Of a DNA stretch of 64,000 nt, positions 38,631 to 48,380 are shown piece by piece. The notes beneath the pieces are model-generated. The model was not told the DNA's origin. It ran no database searches and saw nothing but the letters and a program-made list of their open reading frames with translations. How positions within the stretch are numbered: position 1 is the first letter of the stretch; every line of letters begins with the position of its first letter. The stretch lies in contig JBBFLA010000005.1 of NCBI GenBank assembly GCA_037481795.1, positions 25,512 to 89,511 on the forward strand, in the 5' to 3' direction. The position numbers and the translations under genes were made by a program. Origin of the DNA: Spirochaetota bacterium (GTDB lineage Bacteria; Spirochaetota; UBA4802; UB4802).

Positions 38631-40055
38631 TTAATCTACCGGATGAAAATAAAATATATACCATACATCGTTCTGCATAGGTATGCCATAGGCTGACTTT
38701 ATGCCGTCAGTACCGCCTTTAAAGGTTAATTTGTATACGTTTCCACCTTCAATTGCAGAAATAGTTAATTTCAATGTCTGGCTATCGTCTATCCACCTGT
38801 ATTGATTAATATTCCCACTTATTTCAGGTTGTTCACCATACAGACATTGTATTTTTATATTATCTGGAACAGAATTCCTGAGCACTGGAGTTGAAAACTT
38901 TACAGTAAACTCATAGGTGGTGTTTTGATTGAATTCATTACCTAAGTCGGTAACGCTTAATGGAGTTAGAGCCTTTTGTTCATAAAGCATACATTCAAGT
39001 TCAGAAATTAGTACTGTTCTTGAAAGATTACCATTCGTTACTATATATACACACAGATCGTTGAGTAATGTGTTTTGAGCTATATCTTTTAGATTGGTAT
39101 TTATGCGTATTTCATATCGAGTATTAACTTCAAGTGGTTGCGGGAAACAAATAGTACAGGTTTGGTTTGAATTATCCCAGTAAGCGTCCCAGCTGGTTTG
39201 CGGCGAAATAATAAATGAGCTTGTTATTGATGAAGTATCTATGGGTTCGCTGAAAGTAATAATAATTTCATCATTTATGTTTGCTCCTTGGTATACTGTG
39301 AAATTCTCAGATTGTGCCATATTTTGTGAAATTGAGGTTGTGTAGAGTCCAGTAATGAGTGGCCGTATATATTCGCTGCCTGTTCTGAACCGGCACGTCA
39401 CTGGTTGTATCATCGTGTTATGGGAAAGGTCTTCGCATTGAGATATATTAATCTGATACCAGGTATTAAATAGTAACGGTTTATATGGTGTTATGGTTAG
39501 TATGGTATTTGCAGTATTCCATATACATGTATAATCAAACGAAGGAGTAAACCGTATATTTTTTTCTACTGAAGCGGTGTCCATAGGTTCAGAAAAGGTA
39601 ATTGTTATTGATGTGTTCAATGATATATTTTCGCTACAATCAACTGGTTGTAATGATTGTATTTCTGGCGGGATAGTATCCAGTCCTATGGTAAAATTTG
39701 ATATATGCTGGGTAACAAGAGTATTGTTATGAGTATCGCATGCGGTTTTTTCTATAATGAGTCGATAGTAACCATTGCGCAGTGGCAATTCAGGTGTAAA
39801 TGTCATTACAGTATCATTATTGCTCCAGGCAAAATTCCCCTTTACGGAACTATCGCCATATTCCCCATATACCAATACAAATGCCTTTTGTGTTTTATCC
39901 TTATTCATTGAATTGGAAAAACAAACGCTCACCGGGCATGATGATGGTACTGTAGCATTATGAGGTGGTGAGTACGAAACAATCTCTGGCGGCTGTATGT
40001 CCATGCTGCATGAAATCAAAGAAACCATAAGTATGAAATTTAATAACGCTTTCAT
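38631..40055 (-). CDS. lipoprotein with repeated Big_5 (SbsA-type) Ig-like domains, paralogous architecture
   Basis: Lipobox LISC. Three modules: PPEIVSYSP...VSVCFSNSMNKDKT, PPEIQSLQP...ITITFSEPMDTASV, IIITFSEPIDTSSI. Confidence 0.8.
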   Translation of the reverse strand: MKALLNFILMVSLISCSMDIQPPEIVSYSPPHNATVPSSCPVSVCFSNSMNKDKTQKAFVLVYGEYGDSSVKGNFAWSNNDTVMTFTPELPLRNGYYRLIIEKTACDTHNNTLVTQHISNFTIGLDTIPPEIQSLQPVDCSENISLNTSITITFSEPMDTASVEKNIRFTPSFDYTCIWNTANTILTITPYKPLLFNTWYQINISQCEDLSHNTMIQPVTCRFRTGSEYIRPLITGLYTTSISQNMAQSENFTVYQGANINDEIIITFSEPIDTSSITSSFIISPQTSWDAYWDNSNQTCTICFPQPLEVNTRYEIRINTNLKDIAQNTLLNDLCVYIVTNGNLSRTVLISELECMLYEQKALTPLSVTDLGNEFNQNTTYEFTVKFSTPVLRNSVPDNIKIQCLYGEQPEISGNINQYRWIDDSQTLKLTISAIEGGNVYKLTFKGGTDGIKSAYGIPMQNDVWYIFYFHPVD

Positions 40056-40074
40056 AGCATTTACACCTTTAACG

Positions 40075-41457
40075 TTAATTGGTTTTTGATATTGGTTTTA
40101 CTTTAGCTTTATCATATAAGAGCTTTATCTGTGAGCTGGCTATGATGTCACCTTCCTGTAGCCCATCCACCAGTATTTCCTCATTAATTCTTTCTTTAAC
40201 ACTAACTTTCTTTTCAAAGGCCATATTATTTTTTATGATAAAGACACTGGAACTATCGCTTTCTTTAAGAGATGTTGCAGGGATGCATATCGCATTGGAT
40301 ATTGTTTGTACATTAATAGATACACGGGCAAACATACCGGGTTTCAGGTTATTATCATTATTTGAACATATAATTTTTACATCTGCTGTTCTAGATGTCT
40401 GGTCAAGTACAGGGCTTACAATTTCAACCGTGCCATAGTATGTTTTGCTTAATGCATCGATGATGATTTCAGCTTTCTGGCCAGGCTGTATAAAAATTAG
40501 GTCATTTTCATTAAGCTGAGATATGCAATATACCTTTGATGTGTTAATGATGACAAAAAGATTGGTATCCTCACTTACCTTTTCGCCTATATCAATTGAA
40601 CGAACAGCAACAATACCATTAATGGGTGATGTAATTGAAGCTTCGTTTATATTGGTTTTGATTATGTCTAACCGTGTTTTTGCCTGCTCAACCTGGCTTT
40701 TTGCTGCATCGCGTTCTGCTTGTTCCATTGTGGTATTTATTAATTTCAAAAGCTCATTTGTTTTTGACTCATCCTGTGGTTTGTTAAAACCAGCCTTAGC
40801 TATATCACTATCTCTAAAGCCTACAATCAGTGTTTCGTAATCTTTCTTAGCCTGTAAAAATTGTGTCTTTACCGTATGATAATTAGTCCGCAATGTATTG
40901 AGCTCTGTTTCAGTAACGCCACCTGCTTTAAATAATTTTTCTTTTTTTCTGAGTATATCTTCAGTATTTTGAAGTGTTACATATTTATCAGTAAGTTCTA
41001 ATTTTGATTTTGCAATTGCTTTCAGGCGCTGTTCAACATTTCTTTCAGCCTGCAACAATTTCTCTTCAGCTAAGCGTAGATTAGCCTGAGCTTTTTTAAG
41101 TTCGGCTGTAGCTTCTTTAAGTTGCAATTCCAGTGTATATGTTTCAATCTTAGCTAATAATTGTCCTTTCTTTATATGCGTGCTCTGTTCCACAAATATT
41201 TTTTCTACGCGCCCAAATATCTTGGATGAAATAATAGCTTTGTCTTTATACTGTACTGTTGCAATGCTGTTTACTTTTTTTGTTATTGTTTTTGCTTTTA
41301 CGGTATAGGTTTCAACCTGAATGGGCATTTCCTGTATTACAGTATTTTTATGCAAAGATAAAGAAAGTATTGAATATGCTGTTGAGATAATTATGCATAG
41401 TAAAACGAATAAATAAATTTTTCTTTGATATTCTTTAAGTAACGTAAAGAAGTTCAT
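40075..41457 (-). CDS. RND-system periplasmic adaptor (MFP/HlyD family)
   Basis: N-terminal anchor, a lipoyl/barrel-sandwich segment (GQLLAKIE), a long alpha-hairpin coiled-coil, and beta-barrel and MP domains. Confidence 0.85.
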   Translation of the reverse strand: MNFFTLLKEYQRKIYLFVLLCIIISTAYSILSLSLHKNTVIQEMPIQVETYTVKAKTITKKVNSIATVQYKDKAIISSKIFGRVEKIFVEQSTHIKKGQLLAKIETYTLELQLKEATAELKKAQANLRLAEEKLLQAERNVEQRLKAIAKSKLELTDKYVTLQNTEDILRKKEKLFKAGGVTETELNTLRTNYHTVKTQFLQAKKDYETLIVGFRDSDIAKAGFNKPQDESKTNELLKLINTTMEQAERDAAKSQVEQAKTRLDIIKTNINEASITSPINGIVAVRSIDIGEKVSEDTNLFVIINTSKVYCISQLNENDLIFIQPGQKAEIIIDALSKTYYGTVEIVSPVLDQTSRTADVKIICSNNDNNLKPGMFARVSINVQTISNAICIPATSLKESDSSSVFIIKNNMAFEKKVSVKERINEEILVDGLQEGDIIASSQIKLLYDKAKVKPISKTN

Positions 41458-41459
41458 GA

Positions 41460-42839
41460 TTAATTATACATCTCCCGTATATTTGCAAATATAGATTCAA
41501 TAGGCAGTCCAACAGCATTTTCTAATGCTGCCAGTGAAACAAAAACATCAGTTATTGCTTCCTGCAGCTTGAGACGTGCCTGCGAAAGCTCCACCAGCGT
41601 TTTTAAAACATCATAGCGGGTGATATCACCTAAACGAACCTGCTCATTTTCAATTACCGATTGTTTTTCCAGAAGCAGTACGGTTTGCCTGGCTATTTCA
41701 ACTTTTTTCAAAGACTCAATCACAGTATCATAAGCTTTTGAAACATCAGCACGTATTATCTGGATAAGTTGTTGGTGATTCTTCTGTGCTTGGGTATATG
41801 CTGCTTCAGCATCAATTATAGATCGTATAAACGATGGATTGTCGTAGACAGCAACAGATGCACTGGAATGTACGTCTGTTGCATTGCCATTGTCTTTTTT
41901 TCCATATGAATTGGTTAGTGAAGTTGTATTTCCAAAAAGCAAACTTGTTATTGACAGGCCAACATTCCACATTTTTTTATTCATGGGAAATTCAGACCCG
42001 CTATAGCCATAACTTGCAAAAAGTTGAATTCTTGGCAGATAGTAATACTGTGCCAGCTGGTATTCTTTTTGAGTTTTAATAAGTGTATAATAACTTTTCT
42101 TTAGTTCATTGCGATTTTGCATTGATAAGGATACCAGGGTATCTTTACTTGCCATAGTGATGTTTTGTAGTTCAGTATATTCCTGTTCCGGGAATTGAAT
42201 AGATGCATAGTTAATGCCTAAAGTAGTAGCAAAATCCTGCAATGAATTGACATATTGATTTTGTGCACTGAGGATATTGTACTGAGCTTCAGCAATTTTC
42301 CCATCAACCTGTATTTGCTGTAGCTCTGTGGCCATGCCCAATTGTTGTTGTGCAGTAATAATGTTTTTTTGTAACTGAAGGCTTTTTAAAAGGAGCTGAT
42401 AGATTTCAATTGCCTTTCTTTTTCTTTGTAGTGCAAAGTATGCCTCTTTGGTTGAAAGAATAATTTTATTTTTTTCTATGGTATATTCTTCATTTGCAAG
42501 CATTGATTCAATCTGTGCTATTGAATAGGCAATCAACGATTGTTGGTTTGTAAAAATATCATATTGTACCGTACATACAAGCGATTGCAAACGTGTATCA
42601 TCTTCTCTAATGGCAACAGTATCATTTTTTGAATATTGAAAAGTTATATTGGGAAGCAATTCACGCCATCGTTCGTGTACAATCATTCGCGATGATTGAA
42701 TCCTGACTTTCAACGTTTCAAGCTGTACACTGTTTTTTAATGCTAACTCACACGCCTTTTGCAATGTCAGTGTATCCTGACTCCATGCAAAACTAGTTGC
42801 AATGATGTAAAAAACAAAAATACCAAAAACCTTTTTCAT
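41460..42839 (-). CDS. TolC-family outer-membrane efflux protein
   Basis: Signal peptide followed by two internally repeated halves of alternating coiled-coil and beta segments (LTLQKACELALKNS... start typical of OEP). Confidence 0.85.
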   Translation of the reverse strand: MKKVFGIFVFYIIATSFAWSQDTLTLQKACELALKNSVQLETLKVRIQSSRMIVHERWRELLPNITFQYSKNDTVAIREDDTRLQSLVCTVQYDIFTNQQSLIAYSIAQIESMLANEEYTIEKNKIILSTKEAYFALQRKRKAIEIYQLLLKSLQLQKNIITAQQQLGMATELQQIQVDGKIAEAQYNILSAQNQYVNSLQDFATTLGINYASIQFPEQEYTELQNITMASKDTLVSLSMQNRNELKKSYYTLIKTQKEYQLAQYYYLPRIQLFASYGYSGSEFPMNKKMWNVGLSITSLLFGNTTSLTNSYGKKDNGNATDVHSSASVAVYDNPSFIRSIIDAEAAYTQAQKNHQQLIQIIRADVSKAYDTVIESLKKVEIARQTVLLLEKQSVIENEQVRLGDITRYDVLKTLVELSQARLKLQEAITDVFVSLAALENAVGLPIESIFANIREMYN

Positions 42840-43300
42840 CTTTTAACAACCATAGCGTCAATTTTTTGAGCGATAGCTTTAGCTATCATTGCCTGATCAA
42901 AACTTTCCTGTAAGCAATAGCTTTTTGAGATAATCCGTATGCTTGCAACATGGGTTGATGCATCATTAATTAATATGAAAAGAGATACGTTTTCCACCTG
43001 GTTAAAAATGTCGCCAGTTTTTGAGATGAAAATATCAACAGTAGCCGTATATTTAAAATCCTGTTGGCGATAGACAGGATTGAAATATGAAGCAGCCTTG
43101 AGATTATTCTTTTGCAGATGGAAAACAATATGTGAAGCTAATGAATCCTTTATGTTGCTGTATTGCTCATTGTGAATGCGTACGTCTTTGATAAAAATTG
43201 AATCATTTGCAAAAGGAGCATGCTGAACTGTTTGAATATCTAAAGACTTACATGCGGTAATAAATACAAAGAAAGATACAATAATCATATGCTTTTTCAT
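42836..43300 (-). CDS. small lipoprotein, unknown function
   Basis: Lipobox ITAC. ATGA overlap with the tolC start. Confidence 0.7.
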   Translation of the reverse strand: MKKHMIIVSFFVFITACKSLDIQTVQHAPFANDSIFIKDVRIHNEQYSNIKDSLASHIVFHLQKNNLKAASYFNPVYRQQDFKYTATVDIFISKTGDIFNQVENVSLFILINDASTHVASIRIISKSYCLQESFDQAMIAKAIAQKIDAMVVKR

Positions 43301-43302
43301 TG

Positions 43303-43887
43303 TTATTCTCCATTTGTAGAATCATCAAATTTTTTTATGGATTCAAGAATAGCCTGGTGATATGCAGCTCGCTCAGGCATGTGCATTGCACTATACATTT
43401 CCTGTAAGTGCCTGTGTATCTGCATAAGGGGAAAGTAGTTAGCAAAAGCTCTGTGGAATGTTATAATAGCATCATCATACTGCTTATTTGCGTACTGAAT
43501 GGTACCAAGAAGATACAACGCGACAGGATCATTGGGTGAATGTTGAAGTGCTTTTTCAAGATACCTGATGGCCTCATCCTGTTTGTGGCTTCTTATAAAC
43601 CACCGTGCATATAAAATATATCCTTGAGAGCTATGGGTTAACCTGATATACTTTTCTATTATTTTTTCAAAATCGGGATTATTGGTAAAAAAGTATATCT
43701 TTGCTAAAAGCAAATACGAATCAGGTAAATCGGCCTTTTTGATTGATTCCAAGCATAACGTCCTTGCACCTTCAAAATCTTTGTTTGCATAACGTGTAAG
43801 TGCTTTGGTATATAATTCTTTTGACTGATTGATATTGCTACAAGCAATATAGAAAAAAAGTACTATTATACCGGTAAATGCTCTCAT
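43303..43887 (-). CDS. TPR-repeat lipoprotein
   Basis: Lipobox YIAC followed by 3-4 TPR-like helical hairpins (A..Y..A...P....A.Y.LG pattern). Confidence 0.75.
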   Translation of the reverse strand: MRAFTGIIVLFFYIACSNINQSKELYTKALTRYANKDFEGARTLCLESIKKADLPDSYLLLAKIYFFTNNPDFEKIIEKYIRLTHSSQGYILYARWFIRSHKQDEAIRYLEKALQHSPNDPVALYLLGTIQYANKQYDDAIITFHRAFANYFPLMQIHRHLQEMYSAMHMPERAAYHQAILESIKKFDDSTNGE

Positions 43888-44669
43888 TTTCCACCCTTGA
43901 TATTTGATAGTAATGTTGTTACAGCCAATGCTATAAGCTGTTGTTTATGCAGATCGCTGTCTATATTGGAATCAAGGTATTTACTGAAATTATCTGACAA
44001 TGATAGGGTAGGATTGGTGCTTATCCATTGTTTCATCTTATTTGAATAAGAAAAATTACTTGTTAATGTGAAGTAAACTTGGGGTATGGTTAGAAGCTTC
44101 TTCTGTTGAAATAAGTCAAATGATGTTAAACGAACACTACCCCGCCACACAATAACATTATGGACAGAAATACTTGCGTTAATTTCAGCAAAGTAGTAAT
44201 GATATGGATAAATTGTTGTAGTACCCACATGTTTGTGCAATAAACTTAGAGTTTCAGATATTCTCTCAATACGGAGTGTGTCGATTATTAATGAGGGATG
44301 TTGGTTCTGTTGTTTATTTTCATCAAACAGTGTAATGGTTCTATTTTCTTCGATTATTTGAATTCCCTGTTGTAATAATGCTTTCTGTATTTCATTGTTC
44401 CATAGAATAAGTTCCTTTTTATTATTTGAATCATTTTCATCATTGTTTACGTATGTAACATTAATAGCATTTATTGAGACGATGACTCCAGACGGTGAGG
44501 TCATGTGTTCCACGGCGTGAAGTTTGTTGTAATTATCTATAGTATATACTTCAGTTATACTATTAGATTGTGGTTTTGGTGGGATGGTTGCCGTTGTACA
44601 TGAAATACAAAAAATAATGATTGATATACAAGTTGTAAAATTTAACATTTTTAAAGAAATGTGTATCAT
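43884..44669 (-). CDS. lipoprotein, unknown function (first gene of the efflux operon)
   Basis: Lipobox CISC after a hydrophobic stretch. Start uncertain: 44669 is preferred, with 44648, 44705 and 44720 also possible. ATGA overlap with the next gene. Confidence 0.65.
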   Translation of the reverse strand: MIHISLKMLNFTTCISIIIFCISCTTATIPPKPQSNSITEVYTIDNYNKLHAVEHMTSPSGVIVSINAINVTYVNNDENDSNNKKELILWNNEIQKALLQQGIQIIEENRTITLFDENKQQNQHPSLIIDTLRIERISETLSLLHKHVGTTTIYPYHYYFAEINASISVHNVIVWRGSVRLTSFDLFQQKKLLTIPQVYFTLTSNFSYSNKMKQWISTNPTLSLSDNFSKYLDSNIDSDLHKQQLIALAVTTLLSNIKGGK

Positions 44670-44959
44670 GGTATAATTCCCCCGGATAAAATATATATTC
44701 TTCATCTTTGACTCTGTCACACCTTCTGCCGTACATTGTTTTTACTTCAATCAGAGTGATGAGATTGCATTTATTATGAGATTAATTTGTACTAACCCCA
44801 TCACTCAAAAAGAAATGAAAGAAATTGGATTATAGACTCACTATATACAACGCAGGAATTAGAAAAAATTAACGGGAAAATATAAAAAATTTTTATTTTT
44901 TTAAAAATTTTTTATGGTTATTGAGGGTTGAACCGCTGTTGAAGGTGGTGGGATATACT

Positions 44960-46084
44960 TTATTCTTTATTATTAGCGTAAATCTCTTCCCATCTTTTAT
45001 ATTCTTGAAGAAATCTATTCTCTGCAATACTTTTCTGTATGCCTTCAATAAATTGCTTCATAAAATACAGATTATGGTAGGTATTGTAAATAAGGGCTGC
45101 TATCTCATTCATTTTATAAATGTGTCTAAGATATGCTCTGGTAAATGTACGGCACACATAGCACTGGCAATTTTCATCAAGAGGGCTAAAATCCTGTGCA
45201 TATATACCCGACTTGATGTTGACACGTCCTTTTGATGTAAAGAGTGTACCATTACGGGCAATGCGTGTTGGCATCACGCAGTCAAACATGTCTACTCCGT
45301 GTTTTATAGCTTCAAGTATTTCAAGTGGACTGCCAACACCCATCATGTATCGGGGTTTATCCCATGGTAACATGGGTGCTGTTATGGCTGTTATCCGTGC
45401 ATATTCACTTTTTGGTTCACCTACAGAAAGCCCGCCAATAGCATAGCCAGAAAATTCATACTCCAGTAATCCCTCAACACAATGTTTCCGTAAATCAGTG
45501 AAGGTACTACCCTGTACTATGGCAAAGAGTGCCTGCCTCTCTGTATTAAATGTATTTTTCCAGTATTGAAATGAGATTGATGCCCAGTGCAGTGTCCTGT
45601 CTACTGCCTTCTGTGCAGCATGCTGTGTTGAAGGGTATTCAACACATTCATCTAAAACCATCATGATATCCGAACCAATAATCCTCTGTATATCCAGAAC
45701 CTTTTGGGGACTAAAAAAATGTTTGGAGCCGTCAATATGTGACTTGAATTCTACGCCATTATCATGCACCTTGCGTAAATCTGCCAATGAAAATACCTGA
45801 AACCCGCCCGAATCGGTTAAAATGGGTTTGTGATAATTCATAAAATTATGAAGACCGCCCACCTCATTGAGCAGTTCAATGCCAGGACGAATATACATGT
45901 GGTATGTGTTGGACAGAATTATCTCAAATCCAATTTCTTCAATATCACGGATTGTTAATGCGCGGATAGCACCCCGTGTAGCAACAGGCATAAAGACAGG
46001 AGTGTGTACGGTACCATGGTGAGTGTGGATAATCCCTGTGCGTGCCTGTGTATCACAATCTTTGTTAATAATCTCAAAATGCAT
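44960..46084 (-). CDS. tgt: queuine tRNA-ribosyltransferase
   Basis: Has TPVFMPV, LTDSGGFQ and the zinc site CQCYVC...H. Confidence 0.95.
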   Translation of the reverse strand: MHFEIINKDCDTQARTGIIHTHHGTVHTPVFMPVATRGAIRALTIRDIEEIGFEIILSNTYHMYIRPGIELLNEVGGLHNFMNYHKPILTDSGGFQVFSLADLRKVHDNGVEFKSHIDGSKHFFSPQKVLDIQRIIGSDIMMVLDECVEYPSTQHAAQKAVDRTLHWASISFQYWKNTFNTERQALFAIVQGSTFTDLRKHCVEGLLEYEFSGYAIGGLSVGEPKSEYARITAITAPMLPWDKPRYMMGVGSPLEILEAIKHGVDMFDCVMPTRIARNGTLFTSKGRVNIKSGIYAQDFSPLDENCQCYVCRTFTRAYLRHIYKMNEIAALIYNTYHNLYFMKQFIEGIQKSIAENRFLQEYKRWEEIYANNKE

Positions 46085-46102
46085 TGCTGTAGCCTATGAG
46101 TG

Positions 46103-46996
46103 TTATGGTTGCAAAAATTCCGGTTTTGAAAATTCAGGATGCGGATACGTATAAAATCCTTTGCCAGTTTTTGTTCCCAGCAAACCTTTGTCAATATAAT
46201 GCTGTAAAAATGAAGCATTCTTTTTACCCTGTTTATCATTTAACAAATCTGCCCAGTATTTTGTTACTTTGTATACTGTATCAAGCCCAATACTGTCCAT
46301 TATGCCAAAAGGACCAATGGGTGTGCCCATAACACCCATAAAACTTCTATCAATATCATAGATAGAAGCTACCTCGTTGGCTGCCAGTGTCAGTGCTGAA
46401 CTTATTAACGTCATGAGCATTGTATTGAAGACATACCCATTATTTTCTTTTTTTAGTACAATTGGAATCTGTCCTAATTTTTTTGCAAAAGCGATAGTTA
46501 CCTCTATAGCTTGCTGGCTGGTTTGTGGATGGGGCATAACATCAACAATCTTTGTTGTTCTGACATCGTGAAAATGGAATGCCAGGAATCTATCAGGCCT
46601 TCCTGTTTCTTTTGCAATTTGCGATGGCACCAGCGATGAAGTATTGGTTGTAAATATAGTGTGCTGTGGGCACAGAGCATTAAAATCACTGAATATTTTT
46701 GCTTTTAATGCTGGGTCTTCAGGTACTGATTCGCTTACAAAATCAACACCCTGAGCTGCTTTTGCAGCATCAGTATAATAATACAGTAATGGCAATGCAC
46801 CAGAAGTATTTTTTACATTATGTTTTTCAAACCATTCGGCCAGTTTGACAATTCTTTCCCGGGCACTTTGTAGAGCATCTTCCTTTACATCATACATGTG
46901 TACTCTATAACCATGCATAGCGCATAGAAAGCCTATCTGTTGTCCCATAGTCCCGGAGCCAATAATTAAAACGGTTTTAATGGCGTCAACATCCAT
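46103..46996 (-). CDS. 3-hydroxyacyl-CoA / 3-hydroxybutyryl-CoA dehydrogenase
   Basis: IIGSGTMGQQIG Rossmann motif, a TNTSSL segment and a C-terminal dimerisation domain. Confidence 0.88.
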   Translation of the reverse strand: MDVDAIKTVLIIGSGTMGQQIGFLCAMHGYRVHMYDVKEDALQSARERIVKLAEWFEKHNVKNTSGALPLLYYYTDAAKAAQGVDFVSESVPEDPALKAKIFSDFNALCPQHTIFTTNTSSLVPSQIAKETGRPDRFLAFHFHDVRTTKIVDVMPHPQTSQQAIEVTIAFAKKLGQIPIVLKKENNGYVFNTMLMTLISSALTLAANEVASIYDIDRSFMGVMGTPIGPFGIMDSIGLDTVYKVTKYWADLLNDKQGKKNASFLQHYIDKGLLGTKTGKGFYTYPHPEFSKPEFLQP

Positions 46997-47103
46997 ACTT
47001 TCCCCCTAAAGGATTAGTGTATAGTAACTATCGCACAAATGCAATTGTAAAAATTAATGGTAATAACAAAAGTGTTTTTATGTTCGTCAACTATTATATG
47101 AAT

Positions 47104-47125
47104 AAAAAAAGGGGCATAGAGCCCC
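47104..47125 (-). terminator. rho-independent terminator after the paralogue pair
   Basis: On the minus strand, GGGGC-TCTAT-GCCCC is followed by TTTTTTT (on the plus strand, AAAAAAA GGGGC ATAGA GCCCC). Confidence 0.75.
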
Positions 47126-47159
47126 CTAATGTAACATTTCTATACGTGTATGGGTAAAA

Positions 47160-47762
47160 TTATTTAAAAGGCACTCTTAAGGCATCAACACCAACCTTAT
47201 AACCACCCGATACAGTGACATATCCTTTATAAAGGTCTGTGGTGTCAGTGATCTTTGCCATGAACCAGTTTTCATTCCTTGCTTCATCTTTATTTTTTGG
47301 TGGCATTGCAATATTATTTTGATAATTACCGTCAAACATAATCACTACAGTGCCTATTTTGATATCTGCTTTGGTTGCTATCCTGGATTTCCAGTAATAT
47401 TTAGTCCAGATTTCTTTGCCATCCTGAACCTTCATAAATTGTCCCTCATATTTGGTCTGGGCTGTTGGTGCGGTGATAACTTTAGCAATATACACATATA
47501 TCCACCCCTGATTTGGGAATTCACGGTCAGCAATAAAATAATCTGATGGTTGAATATAATGTGCATCAGCATCTGAAGGGACATAGTCGCTAGAAGATTT
47601 TGTTTTTTGCGTTGTTTCTGTTGATTTTGTTGTTAAACTATCAAGCGCTGCATCAGTAACTCTGCCTTTTATTGTATCACTGAGATAATTTGAGTCACTT
47701 TGGCAACCAGAAATGACTACTATTAATAAACCAGCTAAAAGAAGTATAAATGTTCTTTTCAT
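47160..47762 (-). CDS. lipoprotein, unknown family (paralogue A)
   Basis: GAGGAG RBS, then the ATG at 47762. Lipobox ISGC. A low-complexity S/T linker is followed by a conserved ~135-aa domain shared with the upstream gene. Confidence 0.8.
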   Translation of the reverse strand: MKRTFILLLAGLLIVVISGCQSDSNYLSDTIKGRVTDAALDSLTTKSTETTQKTKSSSDYVPSDADAHYIQPSDYFIADREFPNQGWIYVYIAKVITAPTAQTKYEGQFMKVQDGKEIWTKYYWKSRIATKADIKIGTVVIMFDGNYQNNIAMPPKNKDEARNENWFMAKITDTTDLYKGYVTVSGGYKVGVDALRVPFK

Positions 47763-47781
47763 ATACTTGCTCCTCATTAAA

Positions 47782-48258
47782 TTATTTTATAATTAGACGT
47801 AGATTGTCTTTATAGATTTTATAACCACCTGACACTGTGATGTAACCTTTATACAAATCAGAAATATCGGTTATCTTTGCCATGAACCATGCTCCATTGC
47901 GGGCATTATCCTTGTCTTCTGGTGCATGGTACACATCATCTTTCACATTGTCATTAAAACAAATAACAACAGTACCAACCTTACACTCAGCCACAGTTGC
48001 AATTCTTGTTTTCCAGAAATGCTTAGTCCACAACTCTTCCCCTTCGCGAACAGTCATAAACTGAGCTTCATTTTTTGTTTCCGGTTTTGCAGGCTGAATC
48101 ATCTTTGCAAGCTCTACATAAATCCATCCCTGTTTGTAAGGCTCCTTGGAAATAAAATAGTCATCATCTTGAATGAAGTGCGCATCATCAAGAGCAAATA
48201 CGACGAATGGGATTAACAAACACAAAACAATCGCAATGATAAAAAATTTGCGATACAT
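47782..48258 (-). CDS. secreted protein, unknown family (paralogue B)
   Basis: AGGAGG RBS 7 nt before the ATG at 48258, and a signal peptide. By my hand alignment, roughly half the residues are identical to paralogue A over the shared domain (GWIYV...QFM.V..G.E.WTK..WK.RIAT...GTVV...ARN..WFMAKITD..DLYKGY.TVSGGYK). Confidence 0.8.
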   Translation of the reverse strand: MYRKFFIIAIVLCLLIPFVVFALDDAHFIQDDDYFISKEPYKQGWIYVELAKMIQPAKPETKNEAQFMTVREGEELWTKHFWKTRIATVAECKVGTVVICFNDNVKDDVYHAPEDKDNARNGAWFMAKITDISDLYKGYITVSGGYKIYKDNLRLIIK

Positions 48259-48380
48259 ATACAACCTCCTTTGATTATAAATATTCACTTTATTACAAGC
48301 TGGCAGGTGTTAATGTCAAGGTGTAATAAAGTGTTTATATTCTTTATACAAAAACCAGTACTCTATCCAGTAACTATTGC

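Noticed and set aside
44703-44720. GGTGTGACAGAGTC (minus strand) upstream of the efflux operon as an eleventh motif copy
   Set aside because: Matching GGTGTCAGAGC needs a 2-nt insertion and a mismatch, and it lies 12 kb away from the cluster. I treated it as a chance resemblance.
44921-45235. 104-aa + strand ORF at the tgt 3-prime end
   Set aside because: It is almost entirely antisense to tgt, which has unambiguous catalytic motifs. It has a non-ATG start and no RBS.
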